Assembly (NCBI GenBank): GCA_036172245.1
Contig: JAYWIR010000006.1
Coordinates: 3,286,001-3,350,000, forward strand
Reading direction: 5' to 3'
Source of the DNA: Raillietiella orientalis
Taxonomy: Eukaryota
DNA: 64,000 bases
Shown here: piece by piece, positions 22,784 to 36,500 of the stretch
How the letters are laid out: each line of letters starts with the position of its first letter
How positions within the stretch are numbered: the first letter of the stretch is position 1
Position numbers and translations under genes: made by a program
The notes under the pieces: generated by a model
Database searches by the model: none
What the model was told of the DNA's origin: nothing
The model's input: the letters and a program-made list of their open reading frames with translations, nothing else

Positions 22784-24929
22784 CTTAATAATTGAGATTG
22801 GTTTTTGTTTTTTCTTTTTTTCATTTATAAGGAGATGGTCGCGTGGCACCCCTCGCCCACGAAGAAGCGCAGCGCCCCTCGACTGATGCACGGCTGACTA
22901 AAACGAAGGAAATGCGCACTCGAAATTTAAAATGTAATTACGCAAAGGCTATTCGTTCCCCATTTGATTTTTTTTACTAGCTCGGATGATATGACATTTG
23001 TGAATTTCAAGATCTGTAATATGAATATTTTGAACATAAGCGATCATTTGGATGGATCACTATTGGAAAATTTTGCTAATTATGAGCAAACTGTTGAGCA
23101 TAAAAATTGAGCTAGTGTGGCATCTCCTTATTTGCGAGACAAATTGAGGGTAGCCATTTTTTTTTAAAAAGAAGGTTGCTATTCCAACATAGAAGCAGAT
23201 TGTCAAGTAAGCTGCTTTTGAAACCATCGCCATGCCTTATTCTTAGAGAAGTTGGTCAATTTGTTTCTGATGTTTTCCTTTAAAGACTTTTTAATAAACT
23301 TGCAAAGAATATGCGGGGCTTCTGATTCGCGGAAGGGAACGGAAAAACAAACGAACAAACATCAAGAACAGCAAGAGCCTTGCAAACTACCTAAATTAGA
23401 TAGCAGCAGCAAGTTTCCTTAATGGTCGAGCTCTGCAACCCATGGAGAACCCAGACAAGAGTGAAGACTAATGGATGCTTCGGCCCTCTTAAATCTCATC
23501 CGACGGAACGGATCGACATCCGCCTTGCAGTCTTGGTGTGGATCTCCGAGGTGGTATGTTCGCGGTAGGGGGAATGAGAACATTTCGCAATCCTTGTGGA
23601 CAGTTTTTTTTTTTTTTATTCGGAATTTAATTATTTGTATCGACAGGCAGGGGAAAAGCAGGAAGGAAAACGAACGCCGGCGTGTTTTGGCCGTAGGGCA
23701 GCGCGGACGCTTGCTCCACAGCCTCCGCAGAAGCACTTTTCATCATCTTTGGCTGATCCCAGAGCACTGGCGAAAAACAACAAACAAACTCATTCCTGAT
23801 TCTTTGCTCTTCCTGTGCTCCTATAATTCGCTTTGACAGGTTTTAATGATGGAAAAAGTTCAAGGTGATAACCCAAACGTCCTAGCTATGCAAGTATGAT
23901 TTATGAGATGCAGAGCAGGATCTAACGAGATCCGGAGAGAAAAATGTGCCTCTTGCAGAGGCTGGTTCCATTTGCACAAATGAGCAGGCTCCAAACGAGA
24001 TCTCGTTGACGTTTCCAGGTGCATAGATTTCATCGTGTGCATCTCGTGTTTGCTGGGAATGATGGCCGCTGCGCGCTGCACCACCGAGGGTGCTTTGGGG
24101 GTGCGTGCTGCCGCCATGAAAGGTTCCTCGGCTTGGGCTCGGGAGCCTCCCCACCCCGGGAGACGGCTCTCGCTGGTTGCCCGGAAACCCGCGTTGGTGG
24201 GTTTACTGGGGTGGGAAGTTCGAAGGGGAAGGAAGAAAGGGCGTCATGTTCACAGAAATGCTGATGCACAACGGGTTCGGAAGGAGAAGAGCTGAAGACG
24301 CATGCAGTTCACCACGGAGGAGTTTTTCTTTTTTTTTTTTCTTTTTTCATGACAAAGCGAAGACAGGAAAATTTTCACGAGATCGAGAACGGGAGAAAAG
24401 TTCGTTCATCTCCTTAAGCTTCTGATTGATGCAATTAGTGATTTCAAGCACTGCCGAAGGAGTGCCAAATCTCAGCAATCCATATCGCCATCTAATACAA
24501 TTTATCTGGGGAGAAGCGAAGATTTATTCTGAAAGCACGCAGATCATAAGGAACGGCAGCAGCAGCAACGACAAGAACGAAAATTCCGCAGCGATTCCTC
24601 CAAGTAAATCAAATTCACACGGAACAAAATTTCTGGAGGGGAAAAAAAAAAAAAAAAAAATCGCCAGGCAGATCGATCGGCTTCGAAGGCAATCTTGCAA
24701 ATAAAAGTCCCCGAAAGGCAAACTGTGTGCATCTTCTGAAAACGGTAGACTTTTCATTCACGTGTTATTTCAAAGATCGATCCAGAAACACGTCGACAGA
24801 TAGATCCTCAACTATCCGAGCAGACGAAATTTATAACGTATCCCTACGTCACGGAGGAAGGCCCGTGGGAACATGACAGAAAGTTTCAAACGTCCCATCC
24901 GTACAATTATTCTGTTTCTGACACTTTTT

Positions 24930-25280
24930 TTTTTTAAAAAAAAACAAAAAACAAAAGAAAAGAAAATAAAGAAAAAGAGAGAGAGAGGGAGAGAGAGGGA
25001 AAACGTGTGCTGACGTCGTTCCCAGCGCGCCTCCTGAGGTCTCCTGCAGCGGTTTACCTGCTCGCGCGGGACCCTGCAGCCGCACGTACCGCGCATCTCG
25101 CACGCGGCCCTCCCTGACTCAGGTCCAGGTATTGGGGATGGGACTTACAGGATGAAGGTTTTCCGCCTGGAGGAGGAACTCGCCCAGTATCTTCCGAGAA
25201 CTGCCGGGCCGCGACGGCGCTGACCTCCTGGAACACTCGGAGCAGCGCAACAATGACGTGTTTGTCCAGCAACGGTCATT
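24930..25280 (-). pseudogene. Decayed ORF1-like remnant followed directly by a pyrimidine/T-rich tail
   Basis: DKHVIVALLRVFQEV...HPQYLDL, then (frameshift) GTCGCRVPREQVNRC, then a TC/T-rich tract like the LINE 3' UTRs in this window. Confidence 0.3.
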
Positions 25281-26229
25281 AACAACCGCGTACGGCGAGG
25301 TCGGAGACTCCCTCGCGCCGGAAGTGGTGCCTGTCGGAGATTCCCAAGAAGGAAGGAAGCAGAGGGCAGGGAGAGATGGCTGGCACCTGCCGGCAGCTGA
25401 AGCGGACCGAGGCTCCTGGGGAAGAACGCCCATGCATCCCTGCGCTACGCAGCACGCAAGAGTGCGCGCGGCAGCTGCGGAAAGGAAAATTCCGGTGTTT
25501 TCTTAGGGACCACTCCATGCTGGCGCCTTGCATTATTTTCTTGAGATTCGTGGATGTTAGCGGATCGCGCGCCAAGTTTCCGAAACAAAGGCAAACAAAT
25601 CAGATGAGCAGAATGTTTGGCACCGCAGCAGCGGTTCCGTGCCGAATGCTGAGCTGTTCTCGCTTTTCTTGATGGTCCTCCCTGCGGGAGGGGAAGGGGG
25701 GATTCCCGGCAATAAAAGTATTAATGAAAGCGTGAATGCATACCTAACTTAAAAAATACATTGATCCAGAAGCTTTAGGAGCGCCCTATGGGCTATGGGA
25801 TAATGGGAGCTATGCGAATCTTAGAATAGATCGCCGCCTCGTGAACGATGATTTCCTCACTCCTCACATCCAGCTGAACTCGAATCTGCAATCTGCAAGA
25901 CTCGTTGGCAAGTCAGCTCAGGCGTAGCTGTTTCTCTGAAGGAACGCTGAATTCTTACTCAACCTCCGTTCTGTGCATGAGGATCCTTTCTTGAATGTCG
26001 GGAGAGGAGCTGGTGGTGGCATCGTTAATCAGCCACTCCTTTCCTCGCGTTATTCGCTCTTCTTTGAGTTTGACGCTTTAGTTTTCAGCAGCCTCACAAT
26101 GCAAAATCAACTTCCAAGAGTGGCAGGATCAAGCAGTCGGACCACCCTACCATCCTAATGCTCTGAATGCCTGATTATCACGAAACCTGCAGAATAAAAG
26201 ATAAAAACGCGGAGGGATTCCCGCGTTGC

Positions 26230-27445
26230 TAAAGGATGAAATCATCGCAGTCCTCAGCCCTGGAAGCCGAAATGCTTAAAGGAGGTCTGCGTGCATCTTT
26301 GCTTGCTTCATAGGAGCGTACGAACCAATAATTTCGTTTCGAAGGAGACCATAGCCCGGGAAACCAAGTTGTGGGGGATGTTTCGCTCTCCCCTGACCAA
26401 CACACAAGCATTTCCCGAATCGCAGATTCCTCCGCTTCCTCCTGGAGATCCCAGACAACAGAAGCAGTCGGCCTGAGTAACGAAGAATCCGAGTCATGAA
26501 GAGCAAGTAAACCCAGGCGCGGCAGGCCGGATCCTCGTCCCTCCTTCCCGTAAGAGCAGCCCTCCTGCGAACTTCTTGAACTAACAGCAAAGATCACCGC
26601 CACGCCTCGCCACGTTCCGAAGGGACTCCTTCGGTGGAGTGAACACTTAAGTGTGCCCCCCGAAGAACTTGTGGTCCCTCCCTCCTGTTTGAACACTTCT
26701 GTGTTCCCCCTTTCGTGGAAGCAGGACGTCATCATGCTGGTGCATTGGGGTTTTCACTCCAACCAGCGGACGAACCGTGTTTCCGGGGGAGTTGTCTCCC
26801 CGAACTGTAAGCGGTGCGGGGAAGTGGAAACGCTCCCGCACCTGCTCCTGGACTGCGGTGCCCTTCTAGGACTTTGGCGGAGGCTGGCCTCAGCTCTCCT
26901 GCACCAGGGGGACACCGCGAGGGACTTGATGCGCCGCTTCTTCACGCCAGGCGGCCTGTCTTTAGGTGCTGTCGTTGCACCCGCGCCATCGACAAGGCCC
27001 ACCGAGAGTTGGAGAAGCTGGCCATCCTTCGTCAGCCCACCGGATTAGCCAGCGCGAGCATGTCGTCGGCTGCTGAGTGGGCCCACCTACCAGAGAGCGT
27101 GAGGAGAGAGATCGCCGGCATCCATCGCATCCGGTTCTGAAAGGAAGGAACGGCCGAACCAAAGACCCCTGTCCCCTAGGATGGACTCGTCCTGCCAGAG
27201 TTCTTTGCTTCGCGGCACGATCTTGATTTGGTGCTTCCGCACCAGCCGTTCTGCCCTCCATAGTTTTATTTTTATTTTTTACAGTAGTGTATTTGTGGTC
27301 CCCTCCCTCCCGTTCCGGACTTTCGGCATACCGACCTGCATGTCGGGGATCCCACCCCCTTCGTCTCTTGTTTTTCCCTTTGTCCAGGAACTCTGTTCCC
27401 GGATAGTTTTTTTAATAAACGCCCCGGCGCACCCGGGTGATAAAC
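26230..27445 (+). mobile_element. 5'-truncated L1/Tx1-type LINE fragment (C-terminal zinc motif plus 3' UTR)
   Basis: NTSVFPLSWKQ...HWG...NCKRCGEVETLPHLLLDC is homologous to the 58389+ region. Followed by a T-rich UTR and the AATAAA plus terminal hairpin at 27414..27445. 5' boundary approximate. Confidence 0.8.
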
Positions 27446-30400
27446 AGCAAAGATCTGAGCTGTTTCGTTTGACTGCTTCCCGTTGCCGGTTGCAGGACTC
27501 CTGCTCACAAGGTCCGCATAATGCCTGCGTGTTTTGTGGCCCTGCGGCCAGCCTGCACACCCACTATGAACACTGCCTGGCTTCAGCTGCAAACCGCTTT
27601 CGCCAGCTTTGGCAACGCCTCGTTTTGCGTGGAATCAGCTCACGACAAAAAGTCCAGCATCTTGTTCATCACTCACCAGCGTCCCATGCAGGCCCATGGA
27701 GCCGATTTCCAGGTCGGACTGTGCCGTATCGATGATGTGCTTTGAACACGAGGCGGATTCCTCATCCGACCGACGACCGATCCTCTTCCGTCGAACATTT
27801 CATTCATGAGAACCGTACGAGCACCAGGTGGTGGATGGAGGAGGCTGAAACGTATTATGTCCATTCGGAGCTGATAATTCCCATAATGGGATACGGTTTG
27901 AGGAGCTTCGAAAGGAAGACACCTGGCAACGAAAAGAACTTTCTGAATCTAGATAAAACCGATGCTTTTGTAGCAAGCACTAAGTATGCAAGATCTGGAA
28001 TTATCTGCGGTAATTGGTCACGTATCTATCTTGTTCGTATTTGTTGAACAACCAGATGCTAACAGCGCAAATACTCCGCATCGAATGTGTGCAGACCTAC
28101 GCATGTGGTACATCGACTTTCCTTCACTCTGACCGCCATTCAGCGTTCCATTTCCATCTACCATTTCCTCTATCTATTGTTCCATTTCGGGAGGTGCTCC
28201 TGACTAAATGACAGTGTGCGTGCACTCCGCACCTGGCTTGATGATGATTGGAAGAACAGATTGGGGCCTTCGGAGTCAGCCGAAAGTCACATCTGAACGC
28301 AGATGTTTCTGAAATGGCGCTTTGGATCCGTATCAAGGAAGGGAACAAATAAGTGAATCCGAGGTAATGACAAGCTGCTAAGCAAGAAACCCTCCATGGA
28401 TTCACGAATGCGTTCCAAGGTCACTGATCTTCCTTCGTTTGCCGATTCGGTGTAAGACCGTGTGAGCTTTGGATGAGAGAATAAATAACGAGCCTTTCCT
28501 GCACGGAATATGAACTGGCAGCTCGGCGTTCAGGGACTGCGTCCGCGTGTGTGCATTACCACATGTTCCACACGGGACACCATCATTCCTTTTCTGGGAG
28601 GAATTGCGGTGTCCTGGTATGGCTATCTGCGGTTCTTTGACACCCACCAGCTACTTCTGCATGGATTTCGCTTTTTCCTTTCTTTCTAGATTCGTCGACA
28701 CAGACAGCTGTAATCTCGTCGTCGTTTCCCACGTCAGGTCGGCCGCCCTCTTTTCAATGCAAGAAGGAAAAACTCCTCCCCTTTCGGCGAAAGCAGAGGA
28801 CACTGAATTCGCATCAAAGCCATCAGTCGAGTGCTGGGGAAACTTGACTGGCTGCAATTAGATATCGGGAAAGATGCTGCTCTCTCCCAAGGCTGGGAGG
28901 TCGGGCATTTTTGCCTTGCGACGAGGGACGACCTTTGTCGAGAAGGCATCCCGCTGCTGTTGATGCCTTTTACTGTTTTCCCCGGCATCTTCTGCTTATC
29001 AGCCTCATCATCAAGAAACCACTATTGTTCATCCACCGTACTTGATGACAAGCCCTCTCTCTGCTCAAGCGCAACAACCGTGGAGTGCTTTGTCGAGTGG
29101 GGTTGAATTTTTGGTCAATCTGGACGCGATTTGTTCCTTCACTTTTCAACCACAACGTCCCATGTCGCGTAGCATGGTGATGAACGCTGGTTCAGTGCCT
29201 AACTCCTACCTGACCCGAGTCCGAGTCGGACCATCTTCACGGCTGAACGTTTTTGGACGCGCTCCCTTTCTGTGGCGAGGTTTTACATTTTGGACGAATT
29301 GCCACTCTTGGCCGAGGCAAGAAAGGTTCTGGAAGGTTCGCCTGCACAGGTCATCTTGTGGCTGCAGAAGTCTTCTGCACTTCTGGTCGCAGGGACCTGC
29401 TCCCCCCGTTCGAATGCAGAAGATTGGAACTTCGCTGCGCACCGTAAGCAGGGTTCCATCTTGTTGCGTTGTTTCCGCTGGGGGGACGGAGGGTAGGAGA
29501 TGACTCGAAAATCGTTTCCAAAGTAGTTGCACGGTATTCACTGACTTTCTGCGGACACGGGCTTCGTCTGAGAAGAAATCGGGGGGAGGGGGGGAAGTAC
29601 GGGTAACGAGGTGCTTGTCGATCGGAGATCACGAGAGTTGCAGCGGAATTCATCGCAGCCCCATCAGCGTCCACTCCGCAACGCGCATAGCCGTTTCCTT
29701 GGAGAAAGCTTTGCAAGGGCTTGCGCGACTTCTGAACGAGCTGGAATTGTGGAAGGCCAACAGACATCAAGGCGAGCCCGAATCTGATCGAGAGAGAGCA
29801 GATGCTGTAGGGATTCAAGCAGGGACGCACCCACGTAGCGAGCGGGAGGCAAAAGCGGTGGAGGGGATGGGGGTGGCCGACTTTCCAAGTGGAAGTTTCG
29901 AGCGTGGCTGCTTGCAGCTTCCAGGCGAAGGCGATGGAAGGGGGGAAGGATCGCGGTTTCCAGCATCCCAAATCCCAGCCCACTGGCTACAGTAATAACC
30001 GAGAGCCGAAAAGGTCGGAACACAGCTGCTGACGTCACATACACGGGATTGAGGACGGCGCGGAGTTGGTTGCCGGTAGGAATAGGAGACGTCGAACGGA
30101 GTCGAATGAAGTGGCGCGGAAGGCAGAATCAGGATTAGACAAAGAAACAGAGTGCAAAGAAACCGAAGGGAGCTGACAGACTTGCCGAGGAAGGTGGCGG
30201 AGAACGCGTGGAAGTGGGTGTCTTCTATTCGGGCACGCGCAAGGGGGTTCATTTCAAGAAGGGTGCGTCCCAGTCAACCACGGAAAAGGAGAAGCAAAAA
30301 GGAGAAGGGAAGGGGGAAGGGAGAGAGAGAGAGGCAGAAAAAAAAGTCAGGGACCCTTTCCCCAAAGCGGATGCCGCTGGGTTCTTGGGATGGATACGCG

Positions 30401-32115
30401 GCTGCACTCCTGCGTGCGGAGAGTCGGAGACGCTCTGGAAGCTGCGGTTGGCACAAATCAGTTTATCGGCTGCAGACGTGAGGAAACCTCGCGAACCAAT
30501 GCTGACAACTTCCGGAAGGGTACGCCAGTTCGCATCCGACCGGCGGACAGGAACTGAGGGAACGGGTCCTGCTACGAAAGAAATTTGAGCTTCGGGAGTG
30601 ATTCGTCAAATTAGAAGCACGCAGGGAGGATGGGGAAGGTCTGGTTAAGATACGTTGGGAGTGAATAATTTAGGAAGAGCGCTACCCGCCATCGAAAGTG
30701 GTTCGAACTTCGCAGCTCAAAGTAATTTTTATCGTGCAAGAATCAGACGGATTCTTGCAGCGGCAACGTATAATTACTGATTGCTGCGAAGAGGCAGGAT
30801 AGCTCGACAAGAACAAATTACGTCGCAGAGACGGAAAGAAAAATGCTCAAGAAAAGCAGCCGCGGAGCGGTTTTCGCAGATAATTGAGCGTTTTTGAGCC
30901 AGGAGGCTGCTTTTTAATTACACGCAAAAAGAAAACAAAATGAAAAATGCATGCAGGATGCGAGGTCGTGGGGCCGCCGGCGGTGGAAGAGTTCGGAGCG
31001 GACCCCCGTTCTCTTCTCGCGAATTCCTGTGCCATCACCACCATCCCAGCGGCCGGCGAGCGGAGCGTCTGGGGTGTGCCGCCAGCACGCGTCGCGCCGA
31101 TAGGTCGTGCGACGGCACTCACGGCTCGGTTCGACGCCCGCTACGCCCGCGCGCGCGCGCGCTTGCTGCCCGAAACCACCAGTGGTGGGAATCGCCACGC
31201 GGTGTTCCGTGGATCAGCACGCGAAAAAAAAAAGGTCCCCCTTCCACCGCCGACGGCTGGGACGCCACCGTCAAGGGCTCAGGTCACCAAGCTCCGATGG
31301 AACACCCACCTCGTGCTGAGGAGGCACGGATACTCTCGTGCTTCCCTCTTGGGCGGATTTTCCTGGCAGGGGGAATTCGGCTCGTGGGAGTCGCCATTTT
31401 TGTTTGTCTATGTATCGACCAGCCGGCGGTTGCTCTAGTAAGTCTTCGGCGTTTGCAGACCGTCCTGCTGCCTCCGTGTATTCCGGCGCGTTGCGTGACA
31501 AGCTTAGACATCTTTCAAGACAGGGGTGAGGTGCATGGACAAAACGCTCTCGCCTTAGGACAAGGCGAAGTGCACAGGGGTGAGCGGGGCATACGAAGTT
31601 CGGACAGATTTGGTGGAAGCCTGGCGTATTGCAGGAGCGGGCGCCACTCCCTCTGGTCTCATTTCGCGCACCTTTCCCTAATGCCGAGCTCTTCGACGCT
31701 CTCGTGGCACCTCGCAGCCCTCTTATCTAGAACGAAGAAGCCTCACTTCTTTCAATGACAGAGAAGAATCCTGGCAATGGAATGGGCTGTTGGTGTTCCT
31801 GGTCAGTTTTGCGGGGCCCGATCGCTTGCATCGGCACGTCAAGTGGTGGAGGAATGATTCGCATCGGCTAACGCTTTTTCAGGTTGCTTGAAGAGGCCCA
31901 CCTCCCCCTCCCCCGTTCCCCCAAGAAGCGGTAGCGAAAAGAGTCGTACGATTTCGGCAGCGCAATGTTGACCGATCTCCTCACTGCCACGGTGCCATCC
32001 GTACCGAAGGCGAACCGTACGGGAAACCATAAATCACCAGCACAATATTTCCACGTAAGAAATAACAACTGATAAACCTGATTAGAAGTTTTCTAAAAAG
32101 CAATTCTGTCCTAGC

Positions 32116-33000
32116 TTTTTTTTTTTTTTTTTAGTGCTCATTCAACACACAAAAGAAGTCTTCGCTCTTGAGCCACATCAGCTGCTTCCCCGAAGAGTCG
32201 CCTCCCGAAGAAGCCTTCCAGAGCGTACCAAAGGCAGCAGTTCTTTCTTGCATCCGTGAATAGCGGGAAACATGCGCCAAGAGAAAGCACCCGACCACCC
32301 ATCTGATGATGCACTCACCCCAGGGAGTAGGGGAGCTCTCAGAATCCACTCTCAAGTCTTTCCCTCGAATCGTCAGAAAATCTCATTTACTGCATTTCGA
32401 ACGCTCAATTGGGATGGCGCCCCCGTTCCGTGCAAGTGGACCTTTCCGGATCGGCACTATTTGGGCCCCCATGCTAATCGCGCACTCTGACGTCACTGCG
32501 CAGAGCCGGACTCCAGCAGGGCCGATTTCAAGTCGCTCACCGTGTAATAAGAACAAATTCTCCTTAGTACCGGCAGATAATCCACCCCTTTTCATCGGCA
32601 TCCCAGCATCTTCCTCAAACGAATTCCAGCACGTCCAAGGTAGGCTGAAGGCCCAAACAGGCACTTTCCAGCAGCCGACCCTTTTCCTGGACCACTTCGG
32701 ATGGTGGAATCTTCTTCGATCGTATTTTCAAAATTGCTCATGGGTTGATCATTCCTCTTCGTTCTCCAAACGTTCAGGACGATCGTGATCTTGGAGTTCT
32801 CGTCCACGGGTGCTCAGTTCCAGCTCGCCAGCTTTGACCTTGGCGGACACGTGCAAGGAGGGTGCAGCTGTTTAGGCGTGTGACCGACTTTTCCTCAAAG
32901 AGGAGCACAACCGAAGCGAAATCAGCTTTCCGTCGCAGCAGTTTGAGGCAGTTTGCGTGCTCGAGCTGCACGTCGCATCCATGCCAGCTTGCGTGCTTTC
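32116..33000 (-). pseudogene. Decayed ORF1-like remnant ending in poly(A)
   Basis: DFLTIRGKDLRV...PTPWGEC (ORF1-like pre-knuckle pattern) lies about 170 nt before a 17-nt A-run on the minus strand (32116..32132). Confidence 0.3.
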
Positions 33001-35615
33001 ATCATTCCCTCCAGCCATTCCAAGCTCGCTCCATCTTCCCCGTTTGTTGAGTTTAGACGTTCGCGATTTCTTTTCCTCTAAGATGGATACTTGTATTGCA
33101 AGAAGCACTCCCTTGGAAGTCAACTCTTTGACCCGGAAGTGAGAGGCACTAGTGTGTTCAGCAGGGAGGCACTGTCAAAAAAAAAAAAAAAAAAACATCT
33201 TTAATTAGCCTCTAAAAAAAAAAAGAAAACAAAAAGATAGCAGAGACAGCAAGCCAAATCGCGATTTTTCATTGAGCTCTGTCGCGTCTTTGAAGATAGA
33301 GCAGTTCGTTTCCTCTTCATTATGCTGAGGAAAAAAGCACAAAGGTTTCCGGTTCTTGATCGAACAGGCGGCTTTTTGTCGATCCACTTCGCACTTGCCA
33401 GCAGCCACTCTGCTCTTCGGGCAATACCAAAGTATTTGGAACTGGTTAAATGTCTGAGGAGCCCGTTTATTCCTGCTCCTCTATCTCTATTTTTTTCGAA
33501 CGACTTTGGGATTCGAAAAGAGGAAAAAATGTATTTTCTTACCCATCAATTGAGTTTATAAATGTAAACACGGCAGCGGCTACAGTGCTCGCAAGTCAAA
33601 CAAGCTTGAAGAAATCCTGCGGTCATCCAAACGATTTTTTTTTTTTTTTGATCAAATCAACTCCAGGTTTGGGCGGTTTTGCAAGACGAATGATGGAATC
33701 CATTCTCCGGGTCCTTATCGTTTTCCCTTTCTAAGAGCCGCAGAGACTCGCAGGGTATCCCTGTCTTGACAAGTGCTTCTTCTTCGAGTGTTCCACCAGG
33801 TCCGCTTTTCAAGTCGCAGGTATGCCTTCCTCGCACGACGTGGGTGGTACATATCCCTTGGCTGCCAACCAAGAGAAGTGACACGATGCCACCACACCCG
33901 TTGCTTCCAGTCTAAGCCGAATCTTCCAGCTGTTTGCTTCCTTCTGCCTCACTGAGTTGAGGAGCTTCGTGTTTCGCACGGAACTTCTTGCCTTGGAGCT
34001 TCGCTTTTGTGCTGCTTGTCGCTCTAAGCGGGCCTCTGCCTCTTGCACGAGAAGGTCGAGATGTCGAAAAGAAGAATGCATCTGTAAGCAGAGAAAAATG
34101 CTGGGAATGCGAAGCAGGCACAGCTGAAGACACAGGACGACCTCTCCACCATAAAGAAAGAAGAAGAAGAAGAAGAAAAAGAAAGCAAGAATTCGTAGCT
34201 GGATGGCGGCTGGAAGAGCGGCCTGCAGGCAGACAGTTTTGCAAGGATCAGGAACACAGGAGAGAGAGAACACGCGTATCCAAGTGCCACGTCGCGTTAT
34301 TGCATGATGCAAGCAGGAAGAGAACAAGAAGGGAGCCGCGTGGTCGGTTGTAGTCACGAAACGACTAAGGCATTTCACAGCAGCCTGACTGCAGGGAAAA
34401 TAATCGTAATAATAATGATAGATAATAAATAAATAAAAGTTCCTCTTATGCTGGTGCTGCTGGCACACTGATCGGAACGTCTACTGGCGGTGCACGGAAA
34501 AAATACGGACGGCGGCTGCGTCTTGCGAAAGAGGAAATCGGACTCGCCGCGTTCGTCGCCGGAACTCAAGGGTGCCACTTGCACGATCAGGTGCAAGAAA
34601 TCCTGACAGCCCCTCTTCCCGAAGCGTGTTCCATGCTGCACCCGGGATGCCTCGCCACGGCAACGGCGACCCTCTGCGCAGCGCTCGCTTCTCGTGGGTG
34701 AGCGCCGTCGCGTTCGTCTTTTGCCAGCCCCCGAGCGGTTCGGTCGCATCTGCGCGTGCTCGCTCCCTCCACTCTGCACGGGATGCTGCGGGAGGCCGAT
34801 TCTGCCTTCGTAGCAGCGCGGAAGGGAGCAGACATGCGTGGCAGAGTTTGTCCGCCGCGTCCGGGTCGTGACGGGGACGGTCCGAGGTGACGGGGTTTCC
34901 GGATCAGCAGCTTTCTTTGGAGCCTGCGCCATTCGCCTCCGAATTCGCATGCAAAAGGATGGTGATGTTTCCCGTCCTCGGAAACTCCCGATAGGGGGTT
35001 CGCTGTGGGCGGCAGCCCACCCTCAATCCTGGCAGCTTCCGAGCTGCCCAGTGTTCGAGGCAGCTTTCTTTCCAGGGGATGCTTCGGATGTGGTTGGCTG
35101 GCTTTGTTAGCCACTATCGCCGTGCCCGGATCCCGCAGTCTGGCCGTGATGGGTTGGCGGACCAATCTCGCGTGCCTTGGACACTTTGCTCCCTCTAGCC
35201 AACCTCAAGAGACACTGCCTAGGTGTGGCTGAAGTAAGGCGAGGAGTGACAACAGGAAGAGGCGGCTTGAGGCGTCGTTCAAGCTCTACGCTTGAACTTC
35301 CTTTCGTTCCTTTCTTTTCAGTCGGATGTACGTAGAAGACTTCGGTTGTGAATAGAGGTGGCCGCCTCTCCTTAGCCTGCAGCGAGGATGGGTTTCGAAT
35401 CCTCATCCCAAGTTCACGACCAGCTTGATGAATGCGACTCGCTTTCTCTGTGTGCATTTAGCACCGAATTCACCCCCTCAGGCTCACTCAGCCACAGATT
35501 CACGACCCTGGAAAGAGAACGGGTCTTCTATCCGGATGCCCTTCCCCAGAGTTCTAACTACCTTTCCTTCTTCTAGATGGTAGTGACTCCAGCTTTCGGA
35601 CAAAGGGGCGAGAAG

Positions 35616-36500
35616 TTTTTCACCCAGATATGCTGGGGCATTTATTATTAAAATTTTAACAGCGTAAAATCTCATAATGAAATCTTTATGTTCATTCAGG
35701 CAGGACACTTGGTTCTGCCGGTCTTAAGTACTTGTCCTCACCGGTCGTCACGCCGGTGAGGCCCTCTTCGCTGGCGAAGGGGGAAAGGAAAATCACACAA
35801 AAAAAACAAAAACAAAAAGACGAGCGGAAGGCAATGTTTCACGGGTAGAGGAGGGAAGGGAAGGGATCTTAGATCTCCGGGAGGGATCCTCTGCATCCGA
35901 CTTTGGATGCGGACAAGTGCCAGTCGTAATGTCCTTAGGCGGCGCCATCGGGAAGCCTTCTCCATGGAGATGGCTGCCCAGAGAATGGCATTCCGGCTGT
36001 TGTAACCTCTCCTCGACGCAGTCCACTTGTCCAGAATTCCGCGTATGCAGCAGAGAACTGCTACACACGCGGCTGCTGTCAGGAAGTCCCCCATCAGGAG
36101 GCGACGGAAAATGACCTTTGAGTCGCCCACCGGAATGTTCAGAATCGACGACGGTCGACTCCACATGGGTCGAAAGGCGACACAGTCGATGATTAGGTGC
36201 GGGAAGATTTCCTGTTCCCCGAACGCTGCACAATTGGCATCAACACTCCCACGGGTCCAGTAGGAGAGACGTGCTCTGCAAAGGAGTCCCCAATGCAACG
36301 CAAGCAGCGCCGTCTCCTGCCAATCCAAGGGGAGGGTGCCATTGTTCCAATGCGCTGGGGACCACTTCACCTCCTCCGGAGGTATGCCGAGTAGCTCGCC
36401 CCAGCGCACAAGTCCTTTAGGCGGGACACTCGGGGCTGCAGAGTCCGCTAGTTCTCGAGATGTCCACGCTTTCGAGAGTTTTTTCCTGCCTTCAATAGTG
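35616..36500 (-). mobile_element. 5'-truncated L1/Tx1-type LINE fragment
   Basis: NGTLPLDWQETALLALHWG...NCAAFGEQEIFPHLIIDC, with the terminal AATAAA plus hairpin at 35616..35646. Confidence 0.82.
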